Shown here: positions 61,510-64,000 of the stretch, piece by piece
Layout: every line of letters starts with the position of its first letter
How positions within the stretch are numbered: position 1 is the stretch's first letter
Source: Polymyxa betae A26-41
Lineage: Eukaryota > Protista > Endomyxa: Phytomyxea
Length of the DNA: 64,000 bases
Assembly: GCA_003693705.1 (NCBI GenBank)
Contig: RBZT01000959.1
Coordinates: 2,077-66,076, forward strand
Reading direction: 5' to 3'
Position numbers and translations under genes: made by a program
Notes under the pieces: model-generated
The model's database searches: none
Told to the model about the DNA's origin: nothing
What the model saw: the letters and a program-made list of their open reading frames with translations, nothing else

Positions 61510-64000
61510 ATGTTTACACGAAGCCTGACAAATACACGAAGATTGACGGTTGACGTATTAACTGGAGTTACATTCAATGACATTGAAAATGAAGCTTATT
61601 TGCTAGGAATTTCTAGTATCGATACAATAAATGACGTGAATGATTTTAAGATTGTAAGTGGTATATCAATAGGTAATTTAGATACTCAATTAGACGGGTA
61701 CCACCGGGTACTAAGTGGCGTTTCAATAAATTCATTAGACATTCGGGTAGATCAGTACCAATTACTAAGTGGTAATACAAGCATTAGTAATATTGATATC
61801 CAGATAGATTGTTATCAAGTGTCCTCTGGTGTTAGTCTGAGCATTATACAAGTACGAGACAACTTTCTTCCGAATGAAATAGATTCCATCGTTACCTCTC
61901 CGGAATTAGTTCTGGGAATATCGATATTTTATAGGGGATTTCTATTGTAATAACGGTAGATACAAAACAAGCCCTCCTCGGAATAACTACGAGTACTTTG
62001 GACATTAAACAGGCAATTCATGGAGTATTGCCAGGAAACCTAAAGCTCCTTCAAACACGACACCCTTCAATGTTCCGTGAGTTTTTCAGAAATTCAACTT
62101 GACATTCAAGACGTATATCTCGGAATTGATGACACGAATACAGAGTTATACAATCTCAGAATTACGGTTGGAACGAGCTCTGCAAGTCTAGACGCCGAAA
62201 TTAGTGGTATTTACACAGTTTTATCAGGACAAATAACAGAATTAGAAGAAGCAGATTGTGATTTAACCACAGCAATCGCAGCAGTTTAATACAGCACTAG
62301 GCGTCGTTGAAACGGCGAATTCGGTTATTAACGGATTACAAGAATTAAGACTAGTAGAGCACTAGAAACATTCGACAATTATCAAACACTTACAAACGAA
62401 GGCACCGACGACCGCCTTGATGATCATGATGACCAATTCGAACTGATGGTTGGTACTACGTACACAAATCAACAGTACTACTTAAATGAACATGCCCAAG
62501 GTATTTCTAATTTGGGAATTTCTATGGGAAACGTCGAGGGGAACAAGACTGACAAACTCTCTTTCTTTATTCGGCAGTTCGTTGAGTAATGCGGCAGGCA
62601 GAATCGACACATTAGCAGTATCATGTGGAAGTCTCGACAGCAATAAAGCTGACCGCCGTTTTATCGGAGTATCACAGAGTAACAATACGAACAGAATCGA
62701 TCATTTAGTTGCAGTTACGACTTACAATATCGACGTTTGGAAACGATTGATGATCGGAACAACTATTCCGAATATTCAGGTATTTGGAGTGTCTGCTGGG
62801 AATAATTCGATTAATAAAATGGACAAAAAATTGATTGGAATAACAATAGCGTCCATAGGGGGGTTCTTATGCTGGAATAGTTTCAATGTGTGTGTCACAT
62901 AACAATTTAATTGAAAATCTTGGAACGTCTTATGGTCTATTAGAAACTAACAAAATGGATGGTACTTCATATTCTGGAAAAGTTTCAATGGGGGTTTCTC
63001 ACAACAATATTATTACAGACTTGGGTGTTAGTTCTAATTCATTAGAATCAAACAAAATAGACAAATCTTGAATAGGAATTACAATTAGTTGTTTAGGAGC
63101 GAGCTATTCTGGTATAGTTTCCATGGGAATTTCTCATAACAACCTAATCGTTGACCTTGGGACTTCTTCAAGTAATCTTGAAAATAATAAATTAGGTACT
63201 ATCGTTTCTGGAATCACATTTACGTCAATAGGAACATCGTATACTGGTTTGATTGCTCTCGGAATTTCACATTCAAATTGAATGAATCAAGTTGGAATTA
63301 GTTCTGGTTCTTCACCAGCATTTGGTGTTAGTATTAGTAACCTGGACACAAAATTAGGGTCTTTAATAGGAATATCAACGTTTGGGTATTTTCAAAGGAA
63401 CGAAATTGTACTTCACAATTCATTCACTACAATAGGAACAACTGCTTCCAATAGAAATATGTTGACAGACGAGTACTTGATTCATCAATCTAATAATGGT
63501 CATTGTTTTACACAGTATTCGTAATACAAATGGGATAACTGGTACTCTGGTTGGTTATGTAAATGGGAGACCTTACTTTACGATGTTCTAATGACTACAA
63601 AAAAGACAATAATTTAGAATGCTCCAGGAACTCAATTGACAACATGGACGAATAATGGATTGCTACTTCATGAATATGACCTAACAATTTCTGGGGTTTT
63701 ACAATCGCCGCTAACTAGTCTAATCGGCGTCAGCATCAGCAATACGGACGGAAAACTAGGAACGATGATTGGAACGACATTGAATCAAAAGTACCTCCAA
63801 CGTAATGACAACGTCGTTCCAGTTTCATTCGGAAGCTATCTTTTAAATGATAATTTAACATTCAACGCTCAAGCAAACACCAATTCTTATATACAATTTC
63901 TAAATAATAACTCTGTTAATAATAGTTTTTATATAGGAAAGGTTGGTTCATCAGATCTTGTATTAAATACAACTGGGGCAATGATATTCAAGAAAAATGG
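61510..64000 (+). pseudogene. Degraded repetitive fibre/adhesin-like protein (>800 codons), runs off the right edge of the window
   Basis: G[IV]S[IS]xNLD-type repeats throughout, several stops and frameshifts, and an open beta-rich tail at 63618-64000 (...SFYIGKVGSSDLVLNTTGAMIFKKN). Confidence 0.6.
62780..63290 (+). repeat. Degenerate ~135-nt (45-codon) tandem coding repeat
   Basis: SM[CG][VI]SHNN-type units at 62886, 62988, 63123 and ~63258, spaced 102, 135 and 135 nt apart. Confidence 0.75.

Larger units (their letters stand above)
59850..64000. mobile_element. Decayed endogenous DNA-virus-like element, continues beyond the window
   Basis: Abrupt switch to intronless, tightly packed, AT-rich ORF remnants with stops and frameshifts, including capsid-like and fibre-like products. 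Left boundary uncertain. Confidence 0.6.

Overview
Gene-dense eukaryotic (protist-like) chromosomal segment with about 28 genes, split by very short (~45-55 nt) GT-AG introns and occasional GC-AG introns, using the standard genetic code. The architecture is reminiscent of compact rhizarian/phytomyxid genomes, but the taxon is only my inference. Recognisable genes in order: glucosamine-6-phosphate deaminase, an IKS1-like kinase, ATG1, CDT2/DTL, two coiled-coil genes (one with a centrosomin CM1 motif), TCF25/RQC1, BCAT, an HtrA protease, cytosolic HSP70 with a heat-shock-element array, MDP1, CDK1 (PSTAIRE), RPN11, histone H1, SmE, ITFG1, UXS1, RPL38, GPC1, POLD2, VPS16 and an intronless GT77 glycosyltransferase. 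Two things stand out. (1) SmE intron 1 is twice the usual intron length. It carries an Sm-site consensus, a stem-loop and a U1-like ATACTTAC strand that can pair 12/12 with its own 5' splice site, making it a candidate snRNA-mimic autoregulatory switch. (2) The last ~4.2 kb is an intronless, AT-rich, stop- and frameshift-ridden block. It encodes a putative Polinton-like-virus/virophage-type major capsid relic (not in the ORF track) and a repetitive fibre-like protein, consistent with a decayed endogenous DNA virus. Exon structures and gene ends were read by eye and no database searches were run.
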